This document shows, in pieces, positions 1 through 12,015 of a stretch of DNA of 64,000 nucleotides. Position 1 is the stretch's first letter; each line of letters opens with the position of its first letter. The notes beneath the pieces are model-generated. The model was not told the origin of the DNA, did no database searches, and worked only from the letters and a program-made list of their open reading frames with translations. The stretch covers positions 124,001-188,000 of the forward strand of contig NW_026782187.1 in NCBI RefSeq assembly GCF_031769215.1, read 5' to 3'. This DNA comes from Ylistrum balloti (taxonomy: Eukaryota). The position numbers and the translations under genes are program-made.

Positions 1-159
1 AGTATACCGTTATGTGACCTCAAGATTTATCTGATGTACATCAAAGGAACAAATTAGTCTTTTCGTCTTGTCCACAAGGCGTTGTGCATGGACGTCAATT
101 TTGTCATTACAGGTTCCAATGGTGCAGAGAGCGATCGTAACACTTGAGTATCAAACATT

Positions 160-2140
160 TCCCTCTCTTCGCTATTCCTCCTTCATTCCTCGCAATCCTT
201 CCCTCTCAATCCTCGCTATTCTTCCTTTATTCCTCGTCATCCTTCCCTCTCAATCCTCGTTATTCTTCCTTTATCCTTCGTCATCCTCTCAATCCTCGCT
301 ATTCTTCCTTTATCCCTCGTCATTCGTCCCTCTCAATCCTCGCTATTCTTCCTTTATCCCTCGTCATCCTTCCCTCTCAATCCTCGCTATTCCTGTTCAT
401 CCCTCGTCATCCTTCCCTCTCAATCCTCACTATTCCTCCTTCATCCCTCGTCATCCTTCCCTCTCTATCTTCGTTATTCTTCCTTTATCCCTCGTCGTTC
501 GTCCCTCTCAATCCTCGCTATTCTTCCTTTATCCCTCGTCATCCTTCCTTCTCAATCCTCGCTATTCTTCCTTTATCCCTCGTCATCCTTCCCTCTCAAT
601 CCTCGCTATTCTTCCTTTATCCTTCGTCATCCTCTCAATCCTCGCTATTCTTCCTTTATCCTTCGTCGTTCGTCCCTCTCAATCCTCGCTATTCTTCCTT
701 TATCCCTCGTCATCCTTCCCTCTCAATCCTCGCTATTCCTCCTTCATCCCTCGTCATCCTTCCCTCTCAATCCTCGTTATTCTTCCTTTATCCTTCGTCA
801 TTCGTCCCTCTCAATCCTCGCTATTCCTCCGTTATTCTTCGTCATCCTTCCCTTTCAATCCTCGCTATTCTTCCTTTATCCCTCGTCATCCTTCCTTCTC
901 AATCCTCGCTATTCTTCCTTTATCTCTCGTCATCCTTCCCTCTCAATCCTCGCTATTCCTCCGTTATTCTTCGTCATCCTTCCCTCTCAATCCTCGCTAT
1001 TCTTCCTTTATCCCTCGTCATCCTTCCTTCTCAATCCTCGCTATTCTTCCTTTATCTCTCGTCATCCTTCCCTCTCAATCCTCGCTATTCCTCCGTTATT
1101 CCTCGTCATCCTTCCCTCTCAATCCTCGCTATTCCTCCTTTATCCCTCGTCATCCTTCCCTCTCAATCCTCGCTATTCTTCCGTTATCCCTCGTCATTCG
1201 TCCCTCTCAATCCTCGTTATTCTTCCTTTATCCCTCGTCATCCTTCCCTCTCAATTCTCGCTATTCTTCCTTTATTCCTCGTCATCCTTCCCTCTCAATC
1301 CCCCTATTCCTCCTTCATCCCTCGTCATCCTTCCCTCTCAATCCTCGTTATTCTTCCTTTATCCCTCGTCATTCGTCCCTCTCAATCCTCGCTATTCCTC
1401 CGTTATTCCTCGTCATCCTTCCCTCTCAATCCTCGCTATTCTTCCTTTATCCCTCGTCATCCTTCCCTCTCAATCCTCGCTATTCTTCCGTTATCCCTCG
1501 TCATTCGTCCCTCTCAATCCTCGCTATTCTTCCTTTATCCCTCGTCATCCTTCCCTCTCAATCCTCGCTATTCCTCCTTCATCCCTCGTCATCCTTCCCT
1601 CTCAATCCTCGTTATTCTTCCTTTATCCCTCGTCATTCGTCCCTCTCAATCCTCGCTATTCCTCCGTTATTCCTCGTCATCCTTCCCTCTCAATCCTCGC
1701 TATTCTTCCTTTATCCCTCGTCATCCTTCCTTCTCAATCCTCGCTATTCCTCCGTTATTCCTCGTCATCCTTCCCTCTCAATCCTCGCTATTCTTCCTTT
1801 ATCCCTCGTCATCCTTCCCTCTCAATCCTCGCTATTCTTCCTTTATCTCTCGTCATCCTTCCCTCTCAATCCTCCCTATTCCTCCTTCATCCCTCGTCAT
1901 CCTTCCCTCTCAATCCCCCTATTCCTCCTTCATCCCTCGTCATCCTTCCCTCTCAATCCTCGTTATTCCTCCTTTATCCCTCGTCATCCTTCCCTCTCAA
2001 TCCTCGTTATTCCTCCTTCATCCCTCGTCATCCTTCCCTCTCAATCCTCGTTATTCCTCCTTCATCCCTCTTCATCCTTCCCTCTCAATCCTCGTTATTC
2101 CTCCTTCATCCCTCTTCATCTTTCCCTCTTCCCCCCATTC
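160..2140. repeat. Polypyrimidine minisatellite, 44-bp unit (cctcgtcatccttccctctcaat + cctcgctattcttcctttatc)
   Basis: Period 44 read directly (aatcctcgct at 681 and 725). The + strand unit has no stop codon, which explains the 695-aa and 671-aa ORFs. Confidence 0.95.
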
Positions 2141-5100
2141 CTCTACCACCCATGACTAAACGGTACAGATGAGGTTGAAACATTTTATGTACTTATATGA
2201 GAAAAAGCTAACAATAGAAATTTCGCATGTGGTTTTAATTTATTTAAATTAAAAATTATTTAAACAATATTTAATCTATAAATAAATATAGAATTATAGA
2301 AACACTTATTGAGTCTTAAATTGAATTCAATTATGATTTTGGTTCTGCCTAGAGTTCATTAACCTTCACATCATAACCTCGATTTCGTCCGTCCATCTCG
2401 TACCTCTTCTCACTGCGCATCTTCCCTGAATACTCATTCTTTCTCGCTCTCCTCCTCCAGCCCCCTTCATCCAAACCTGATACATCTATTATGACATTCA
2501 TGTATGCACACACATTATTCTTTATGACTAGCTAACGTTGACTTGAGGCCAACACGGGATATTGACAAAGCATCTCCGAAAAATTGTTTTGACCGAAGTT
2601 TCAGCAATCGTTAGTGGACATCATTAACTGGAATTCTGACATCGGTACATGACGTCATCTAAAGGTAAAACGTTTACCTATTCGTATGAGGTATTTTCTG
2701 TATTTGAGCAATTGTCCGTTTAGAACGTTCTGGAATCACACGTGAGCCTTGTCCTGTTGTGTATGTGATGTCATTTGCTTGGAATCCTGGTTTGTATTTT
2801 ACAAATATAGTTTCATCAAATTTATTTAAACCTAAACCAAAATATGTATAGTTGATTTTTCATTTGCTTATGTTTTATAATCACTATATATGTGTGTTTA
2901 TATCATTGTGTGTGTATTTTTATATTTGTATATTGTTCTTGCAAGCATATATCATATCACAAGTGTTCGGACCTATCTGATGTAGTGTACACAATCAGGA
3001 ATGATTAGTCCTCTAATATGTACACTTATTAGCACTTATTTGTCTTTGAGACATGTGCTTTGTGTAGGAGCTTGATTACAGAAGACAATACCCCATCTAG
3101 CTACAGTCAAAATATCATTTAACAGTGTTAGCGTCTGTGAGAACTTTTGTCTATTACGCCGTCATATTGAGACAGAACAAGTCCTTGGCGTTTATAGCTG
3201 GGATACGGCTGGTACTTATCTCAGCGCCGGAGGGCTAATAAGACATACTGTTGACATTTATAACTAGTAAACACGTTTTGAAAAAAATGTAAACAAATTA
3301 CTACAGCGGATGGTTCTGATAATATTGCTGATTTAATATCCTTTTTATAAAGCGGAATTTGAAAATCCCATGATCGCGAAGGTATTGGAAATCTTGTTTT
3401 AGAAATTATTCTTTAAAAAAAAATTTTTTTACCACATTGCAAGGACGGGAAAAATTTGCGAAAAATAAACAGTATGAAAAAGATAATCTTACCTACTTAC
3501 ATATAACTATTCTGCTTTATGTATATATTACTTCAAGTCATGACAACGGTTTGCACTAAAATTTATATTGCAACGGAATATACTTATTATATATAATATT
3601 AAGTCAATGGGGAAAAAAACGGGAAACAGCGCGTTATTAAAAAAAAAGAAATCAATGAAAAAGTACGTCCAGTTATTAAGTGTTATTTTATTAATGTTAT
3701 CAACTGTTACAAAACTCTGACAGGACTAATTGTTTTATACCTCTTTCAATGTTACATTTTATTTTACAACCGACATCCTCAACAAAAGTTCACACCTTTG
3801 TAAGTAAAAACCCAATCACTATTTTCTTCTTTCCTATCCGCTTTTTCTTTAATTTCGAACTTTGTCGGACATTTCTCAGTTTTGTTCAATCAATGCTTTG
3901 TCTATAAAGTTCTCGGCAATACTGCTTTGATTGATGACAATGAGTTCCACTTGACAAGGAAGCAGTGTGTTATCCTGGATAAACTTATACAGTGCAATTC
4001 TGTAATGTCCTGCAATTGTTAGATATAAATTCTCTTAAATTGCATGTAACTTTGTTGTTAATTCTGTTTTAAACACTGTGTACCGCACAATCAACATACT
4101 GTGAAGAAGACATTTTTCGTGAGTTTTAATTTACGTGGGTTTTTTTACCAACTGTTAAAAACACAATATCTTGGAACATTTTCCTTTGATTTCGATATGA
4201 CACCGTTATCTTCATCAGGCACCTAGTGGTCGTTACTCTGATGAAGATGACAATGTGGTCATCGAAACATCACACAACTTGTACCTTAGCACAGGGTATC
4301 ATGACTTGGACACGTTAAGATGACACCCCAGCCGGAAATCTTATACTGACCATGGACAAGTTAGTCCTTATATACTGAATGAAAAACAGGAAACACTAAA
4401 AACTTTTTTCAGCGGTATGTCGCGGCTTGAGGACAGAACCCTTAATCTTCCTCCTTTTGGGGGACGCTCTACTCAAAAGCCAAAACGATTAGATGGACAT
4501 CAGAGAAAAATATCTTAAAAAAAGAATCTCTATTAGATCGACATTACGATCAGTTTTTACGTCCCACTTACAGGGCAGTTACTGATGTGACAACTTTAGT
4601 GTTACACTTACAGTTACTATGACAACAACTTCATTTTATCTCTAAATAACGTTAATCAGTGAATAAGCAACTAAGTACCAAAGTTTGTTATGAAATACTC
4701 AATAGTGGTATATAACTGGTATGAAAATACAGGCGCGTGCATGCACGTGATATGTGATTATATTTCCCTGGGAATGAATGTTAACGAGGCGTGATCTCTC
4801 AGAGATGACATAATACACCAAAATGTCTCCCAGCCCGCCCAGAAGGTTCGTCACTACCGCCTTGTCTTCTTATTTAATAATGTAGCGTCCTAACATTGCA
4901 GCAGACACCTCTTGTACAGAAATAAAACTAGGTCAATGATGACCCTGTGTCGTTGATTTCATCAGACTACACAAGTTAAACACTTCACTGTATAAGTATA
5001 AATTGCATTTCATTTCTATCTTCTTCCAATGAAGCTAACAGTTTCTACAGAAGGGTATAACAATGCTCATAGTCTCACATTCATAGATTTACACATCATA

Positions 5101-5424
5101 ATGCATATTACCCTGGCACAGTAGTTTTGTTCTCGCTTTTGCCTTGAGAATAGTTTCTGCAATCTGGTTTTAATAACGCTAGCGAGTCACGGGTGTTATA
5201 AGACCAGTTTTTCACTGTTCTGTCTTGTAACACGTATATTAATATATTTGCTATTTATCACTCGACACCACCGATTCCCCGTATGGGGCCTCATCCCAGG
5301 CATCACGTAGACCTGATTAATGCGAGTTTACATGGATGGCATTGTATGGGTCAATTTGACTTGTTATCGCTAAGGTCTCCTGTTAACAGGCGATGGAAAG
5401 AACAAAATAGAGGTAGGTCAATTA

Positions 5425-5832
5425 TCATGTCAATTTCCTAATGAACGAATTAAGGAGGTAATCAGTACTGATGTCTATTACTTGTCCTAAGTATCGACGC
5501 ATCATGGTTGGGGTACATGGAGCCATCAGAAGTAAAGAGTCTACAAGCTTTTGATTAATGTGCGTTATAAATTCATTCTTGTTTTGGATGTTGTTTGTTG
5601 TTATCGTACCTGTATTTCCGCTTCTGGTCACATGCTCTGTCGGACAACTAACCATGTATATTGATTTAAAAACTTCTTGAATGTAAACGATTACTTCCAC
5701 TCTTTGGTTTCGCGACTTAAAAGCTTCGCCGTCAAAATGGCTCTGTGAATATTTCCTTTCGATTTGCTGTGAAATCGTTCTCTGTAGCAAATGACAGTAG
5801 AGGAGTGAATTGGTGTCGTTGCTGTCGCTCAT
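5425..5832 (-). CDS. Uncharacterised 135-aa protein, single coding exon, probable 5'UTR intron
   Basis: Non-repetitive ORF in AT-rich DNA. Acceptor cag at 5842-5840, 7 nt before the ATG; donor aag|gtacgt at 5929/5928 (89-nt intron). CCAAT motifs near 6020-6065. Family not recognised. Confidence 0.5.
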   Translation of the reverse strand: MSDSNDTNSLLYCHLLQRTISQQIERKYSQSHFDGEAFKSRNQRVEVIVYIQEVFKSIYMVSCPTEHVTRSGNTGTITTNNIQNKNEFITHINQKLVDSLLLMAPCTPTMMRRYLGQVIDISTDYLLNSFIRKLT

Positions 5833-7019
5833 AGTTAAACTGATTTTATATCATTATATGTGATGAAAACATTTAAACTGGAGCTTGGTAAAGGTCTGTA
5901 TGTTAATTATATTGAAATACAAACGTACCTTAACCAGTTTTAAAATACAAGCGCGATTCCTCTCATTCGTGTGCTCTAACGGGTGTCATCCTGGTTAACT
6001 ATCTGACTACCAGTTGAAGTGACCAATGGCGAAACTGTTCAAGTTGGGATCTCACTCATTGGTGAGACCAGCTACAGCCGCAGACCACTGACCATTGCGA
6101 AAGAAGGGGGTGATCACGCGCTGGACCCGATTGACACACAAATGATCTATTCTGTTAGTGTTCTAGTTAATAGATAATAAAAATAGCTCAATCTTTAGAA
6201 ATATCTATTGCATGACAGGGAAAAAAATCAAAACAATATGAAAGGTGCATCTTGCCTAAATACATATTAATTAGGGATAATTAGTCAGCCTGACTGTGGA
6301 CAGTGCCTGCAGCTCTAAAACAAAACAAAATTTATTGCGTAGAATTGTTGAAATTGTCATTTATAGATGACGTAAAAAATGTGGATAAACATTTACTAAT
6401 GTTGACATCAAATGTATCGATAGTTTTTCAGCGATATCAATGTTTAATATTGAAGAATTGACAGGGATTCTCCTAAACTTTTTTTCACAACGTAAGGCAA
6501 TATGTTACTACCCAGAAAAAAGAGGCAGAGACGTATTTCTCTACTGTATATATATATATATATGTAAAGGAAATTATTTTAAAAAACACACAAGAAAAAG
6601 TTAAGTTAGTATTTTGCATAACGTTTTCACAGCTTAGCTGCTCCACAGTGCAACTTTTTCTTGTGAGTTTTTTTAATAATTTTCTTTATATTATCACTTG
6701 CGTATCGTCATTAACTATATTTTTAATATATATATACGTTATACATATTTAGGTGAAGGTGCGATACAGTAATTATTTATTAAAGTGTTCATCAACACGT
6801 GTCTGCATAGTTTGTCAGAGTTAATAAGTCCGCCGGTATTGGACTACATCTGTGGCGGTGATAGCGATTTGGCAGCGTGTTCTGTATTGTAAGATGTATC
6901 ACCAGGAGGAGTTCGTACGTACTACCGATACACTGTACACAATATGTTATAGGTGTGTCTAGTGTGAAATGTTGGAGAAACAAGAGAATTATCACACCAC
7001 ATCGACAGCTGGAAAACCG

Positions 7020-7420
7020 TTATACTTCACGATTTAATGCAAGAAGTCGTCAACAGACGGGTAAACTCTAACACAGGGTTTAGAAACATGCAGGTTGAAG
7101 AAATTTATGGGGAGTTGTATGGTTGTCATAGTGATCCACTGTGTGCGATATAAACGTGGATGTGTTTGATGCGTGTTAGTTTGCTTGTTGGTCACGTTGT
7201 TGTATACCTTGTTCTCATTTAAATAGTGACATTACTTGCTTTGATTGATCAAGATTTAGATATTGGGAGTCGGTGAATCAGAAGACGGTTACTCTTCTGG
7301 AACACCTGATCTAATTTTCTTGTTCTTTTTCGGTAGTTTCCGTGTAATTTACTTTGCCCTAGTTTTATTTAATTTAATATTGGATTATGATTATTTGGAC
7401 ATGTTGGTATTTTTTTCAAT
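7020..7420 (+). mobile_element. Degenerate 3' fragment of a Penelope-like retroelement
   Basis: Broken frames give GKL*TQGLETCRLKKF..ELYGCHSD, resembling the C-terminal end of PLE reverse transcriptase as I recall it. Followed by ggttactcttctggaacacctgatc, typical of mollusc PLE 3' regions. Related sequence at 19150-19270. Confidence 0.4.
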
Positions 7421-7800
7421 GTTTAGCTTTTAATATGATTTTGTTTTTCGTTGCAACCGGGTAAACTTTTTTTTATATTTACAAAATCACTATAATTATC
7501 TATTTCCATCAAATATATACTATAAATGTAACGTGGATGCTTTGTCTTTACACAACTAGACATCGGTTTGTATCATCTTAACTAAAATGGCGTGAAAGAA
7601 GTCGTTAATGTATAAGTCTGGCAGTTTACATCTTGGTTAGCTGTTTGTATCATAACCTTAGTTTTTACTGTCTTCTAGAACATAACACAATGATACACAT
7701 GTTACAATACACATGAACAGTCTGTCCAGAAAAGTACTTCTGACTGACATACACGAAAACGACAAATAAGATGACGCGTGTGTATATACAACAATCACAT

Positions 7801-8312
7801 ATGTGAACATACAGTGTAGAAATAGTTCTACACATGTGTGAACATACACTGTAGAAATAGTTCTACACATGTGTGAACATACAAAGTAGAAGTAGTTCTA
7901 CACACGTGTAAACATACAATGTAGAAGAAGTTCTGCACATGTGTGAACATACACAGTAGAAGTAGTTCTACACATGTGTGAACATGTGTGAACATACACA
8001 GTAGAAGTAGTTCTACACATGTGTGAACATGTGTGAACATACACAGTAGAAGTAGTTCTACACATGTGTGAACATACACAGTAGAAGTAGTTCTACACAT
8101 GTGTGAACATACAATGTAGAAGAAGTTCTGCACATGTGTGAACATACACAGTAGAAGTAGTTCTACACATGTGTGAACATACAATGTAGAAGTAGTACTA
8201 CACACGTGTGAACATACACAGTAGAAGTAGTTCTACACATGTGTGAACATATACTGTAGAAATAGTTCTACACATGTGTGAACATACACAGTAGAAGTAG
8301 TTCTACACATGT
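7801..8312. repeat. 35-bp minisatellite gtagaagtagttctacacatgtgtgaacatacaca
   Basis: About 14 near-identical units read directly; each contains a tgtagaa/ttctaca hairpin and an acacatgtgt palindrome. Confidence 0.95.
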
Positions 8313-9024
8313 GCCTGAACATAATTTCACCTGAAATATTTCCCTCTGAATGACACTGATTATTTAGATAACTTTTGATTATCAGCCTATAAATTTTCCA
8401 CAATTCACGAGTTTTTATCACTGACAAGTACTACAAGGAAAAACACAACTGTATTTGACTGTACTGATATATCAGTTTACTTGGGAAGACGTTATTCATT
8501 TGTAACTTTTGTGCAACCACTACATGAAAATCACTCGGATAGGAGCACCATTGTCCCTCTAGCTGCGGTTTTAATCGTGGGGTATGTCGCATTTGAGCGT
8601 GCGATTTTTTTATTTTTGATGCTTGTCATAACTGATATTCATGAGGTTTAATTCAGTGTTTGTTACGATGCCAACATAACGTTAAATTTGTTAACGTTAC
8701 ACTTCTGATTTACTGATACATGAGAATCTTGATTGTCCATCAAACGGACTGTTGTTTTCCTCAATTATTTTTTATTCAAGATATATTTTTTGGTAATTCC
8801 CTCCGTGTATGTTTAAGATTATGAACTTTGACAAATCATTATTTGATTACTTATATATAAGGATTTCGCCTCATCACGCATTTACTAACCATTTATTTTT
8901 ATTAAATGTCCGAAACCACCAAAGTACAATTAAAAGATACACTGGCGAGGTAAATATTACTAACACGTGCTGAACAAAATGTATCGTAATGTTAGCAATG
9001 ACTTTCTGTTACAGGAAACATCAG

Positions 9025-9123
9025 TGACGTCATCTATATACGTAATATGGTGACCGTCGCACGATGACGTCATGTGAGATTGCGTGTAGTGTAGCCATGC
9101 GTGTACTACTCGTGATGGTGAGT
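9025..9123 (+). promoter_or_regulatory. Candidate promoter and 5'UTR exon of the Ig gene: two CRE palindromes, TATA-like motif, splice donor
   Basis: TGACGTCA at 9025-9032 and 9065-9072; tatata at 9035-9040; donor atg|gtgagt at 9117/9118. Matching acceptor cacag|ccaacATG at 10577/10578. Confidence 0.45.
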
Positions 9124-9870
9124 ATTGTAAACTTAAACATCAACAACATGAACGTTTGAAAGTATCTATTTGTTCAGTGTTGATAACTTCAAATCCATTG
9201 ACTTACGTTTCTACAAGATTATAAAGGTTGTTAAAACGACAGCATTTACGGAGAAAGTGTCCGAATCTTTAAGAATGGTTTAATCTTTAACAAAACAAAA
9301 AATTTTATATGGGTCTGTTTTCAAAAGAGTTAAGAGTAGTAGATAGAGGTTATTTAAAACATGTCGCCATCATCATCACCAGACGCAAGCAGATACAGGT
9401 AACAATTTTAGGGGTATCGTCATGCAACAAAGAAACGTAGCAAGTTTAACTCCAGAATAACATTCCTATGATCAATGGTGTTGTGATACTTTATTCAGTA
9501 ATGGTGTATAACTGATATAAGGATGATAAAGGGGTATTAAAACAGGTCTTCATCCTTATCATACGCAAGCAGATACAGGTATCAATTTTTGGGACATCGT
9601 CATGTAGTCTATATAAAGGAAGGGGTCGCTTATTGCATGGACAAACAAAGACAGGGTAACCATCTGACAATGAATGTGGGAATTTCGGTATATTGGTGTC
9701 ATAAATGAATCATTTCTTATTTGAAATTTGTGCTACTTAAATGTCATTGTGTTATAGAAGAAGTATATGTATGTGTTTAATTTGTCGTTTTTATTTTGAT
9801 AAAGAAGTTTCTTCACTCAAATTTGAAAAAAAAATTGTAACGGAATCGGTTATTACGATAGCTTTATTCA

Positions 9871-10230
9871 TATGACATTCTTAACGGCCCATCAACACAC
9901 AAAAGGTCAAGGTCATTAGGGCCGTAAACAGTAAAACACACACCGATGCAAAAGGAAATAACATTATTATTATGACATTCTTAACGGCCCGTCAACACAC
10001 AAAAGGTCAAGGTCATTAGGGCCGTCAACAGTAAAACACACAGCGATCCAAAAAGGAAATAACATTATTATTATTATTATGACATTCTTAACTGCCCCTT
10101 AACACACAAAAGGTCAAGGTCATTAGGGCCGTCAACAGTAAAACACACACCGATGCAAAAGGAAATAACATTATCATTATTATGACATTCTTAACGGCCC
10201 GTCAACACACAAAAGGTCATTAGGGCCATG
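9871..10230. repeat. About 100-bp tandem repeat (about 3.5 copies) of a dispersed element
   Basis: tatgacattcttaac recurs near 9871, 9971, 10079 and 10180. Single reverse-complement copies at about 34480-34545 and 40845-40920. Confidence 0.85.
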
Positions 10231-10582
10231 AAACGAACTAAAATGAAAAAAGCAAATGCTAAAAATTTTAAATGGTTATAGTATCACAAAAGATTAAAAT
10301 TGTATGTCATAGTCTATAATACAGACCAACAATAACCTAGACTTTCATTAATTTCAACAGTTTCAAAAGGGGTCTTTAGACTTGTTACGATAAAAAAATT
10401 CTCGAGTAGACAGAAGGTCAATTCAGTCCATTACGCAAGCCTAGCTTTATAGTATGAACATAGTACATTTCATGTGAAGGTGAGAAGATGATCTAATTCA
10501 CCTACAATAGACTAAACATGTCATTTTTTTCAGAAAAGACACGATTTATACAAAGGTTTTGGATGTCTAAGTCACAGCCAAC

Positions 10583-11281
10583 ATGTTATCGGCAGGAGGC
10601 AGCAATCTTTGGAGATTACTGGTTCAGATATTCTTTCTCGTTCTTGTCATTAACGATGCCTCAATCACAAGCTCTTTGCCTATTCCAAAGAATGTCGAAC
10701 AAAACGTCACTAATATCACCGATACAACCGTCGAATTACATTCCAATAGAGCAGACCGTTGTATACAATGCATTCTGCCATCAGGCGAAGACTTCCAGCA
10801 TAACGCATTTATCAAGAGGCCACCGGAGACCTACGTAGCGCTGAAAGAAAGCACAGCTGTGTTCGAATGCATTCCCAGTTTATTTAACATCTCAAGTGAT
10901 GATGTCACTGTCACGTGGACAATTCCATTTTCAGTCCCGGTGACGTCGTATGATAAACTACATTCCGAGGATGCAACGGGAGCCTTCATAACTCCAAACA
11001 GCTCAATTTTGATTATGAAAAATGTGCAACCAGAGTTCTCCGGAATTTATCAGTGTGTGGTGGAAACTTCCTCTAGCACTATAATAGCTGAAATGAACTT
11101 GGTCGTTCGAATGTATGTAGTCGACATATATAACTGGCTTATCGCTGGAATTCCTGGGTTTTTACTGATATCCATGTGTGTCGTCATAACTTTCTTTTAT
11201 TGTAGAATAGAAAAAAATCGCAGGGAATTCTACCGAGCACGCCGGCTTCTCAAGGAACAACAGGTTTTATATAAATATTGA
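10583..11281 (+). CDS. Single Ig-domain type I transmembrane protein (232 aa), CDS in one exon
   Basis: Signal peptide (LWRLLVQIFFLVLVI), Ig hallmarks (AVFEC, VTW, LIMKNVQPEFSGIYQC), TM helix WLIAGIPGFLLISMCVVITFFYC, short basic tail. Acceptor AG 5 nt before an ATG in ccaacATG context. Confidence 0.9.
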   Translation: MLSAGGSNLWRLLVQIFFLVLVINDASITSSLPIPKNVEQNVTNITDTTVELHSNRADRCIQCILPSGEDFQHNAFIKRPPETYVALKESTAVFECIPSLFNISSDDVTVTWTIPFSVPVTSYDKLHSEDATGAFITPNSSILIMKNVQPEFSGIYQCVVETSSSTIIAEMNLVVRMYVVDIYNWLIAGIPGFLLISMCVVITFFYCRIEKNRREFYRARRLLKEQQVLYKY

Positions 11282-11534
11282 TACCGAAATATTTCAACAA
11301 TTTCTGAAAACAAATCTTAGATGTAGGAAAACGTTCCCTATTTACTTGGATTGAAATTTCGTCTTCTTTTGAAAAAGTACACAGAGAGCCCTTGTCTGTA
11401 AGAGGATTGTGAGGAGACACAATGAAACATATTTCTAAATACTTCAGATGAATAACTTAAAATATGGCACTTTGTGTGCAAAAGAATGTATCTATAAAGA
11501 ATATGTGTATCTATTAATAAGATCATATCGTACA

Positions 11535-12015
11535 ATTTGTGTAATTAGGTCCTATTTTACAATTTTTAAAATTAGGTCCTTTCTTACAATTTTTGTAATT
11601 AGGTCCTATTTTACAATTTTAAATTAGGTCCTACTTTACAATTTTTGTAATTAGGTCCTACTTTACAATTTTAAATTAGGTCCTACTTTACAATTTTTGT
11701 AATTAGGTCCTACTTTACAATTTTTGTAATTAGGTCCTATTTTACAATTTTTGTAATTAGGTCCTACTTTACAATTTTTGTAATTAGGTCCTACTTTACA
11801 ATTTTTGTAATTAGGTCCTACTTTACAATTTTAAATTAGGTCCTACTTTACAATTTTTGTAATTAGGTCCTATTTTACAATTTTAAATTAGGTCCTACTT
11901 TACAATTTTTGTAATTAGGTCCTACTTTACAATTTTTGTAATTAGGTCCTATTTTACAATTTTTGTAATTAGGTCCTACTTTACAATTTTTGTAATTAGG
12001 TCCTAATTTACAGTT
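11535..12015. repeat. 27/25-bp minisatellite aattaggtcctactttacaatttttgt
   Basis: About 18 units read directly. Confidence 0.95.

Noticed and set aside
68-2159. 695-aa and 671-aa ORFs
   Set aside because: They are translations of the stop-free strand of a 44-bp satellite and shift frame with each unit.
2355-2475. Possible minus-strand terminal exon (LDEGGWRRRARKNEYSGK...)
   Set aside because: The sequence resembles a decayed copy of the adjacent satellite, and no partner exons were found.
7801-8312. CRISPR-like hairpin repeats (35 bp, TCTAC/GTAGA stem reminiscent of Cas12a repeats)
   Set aside because: No unique spacers, no cas genes, eukaryotic context.
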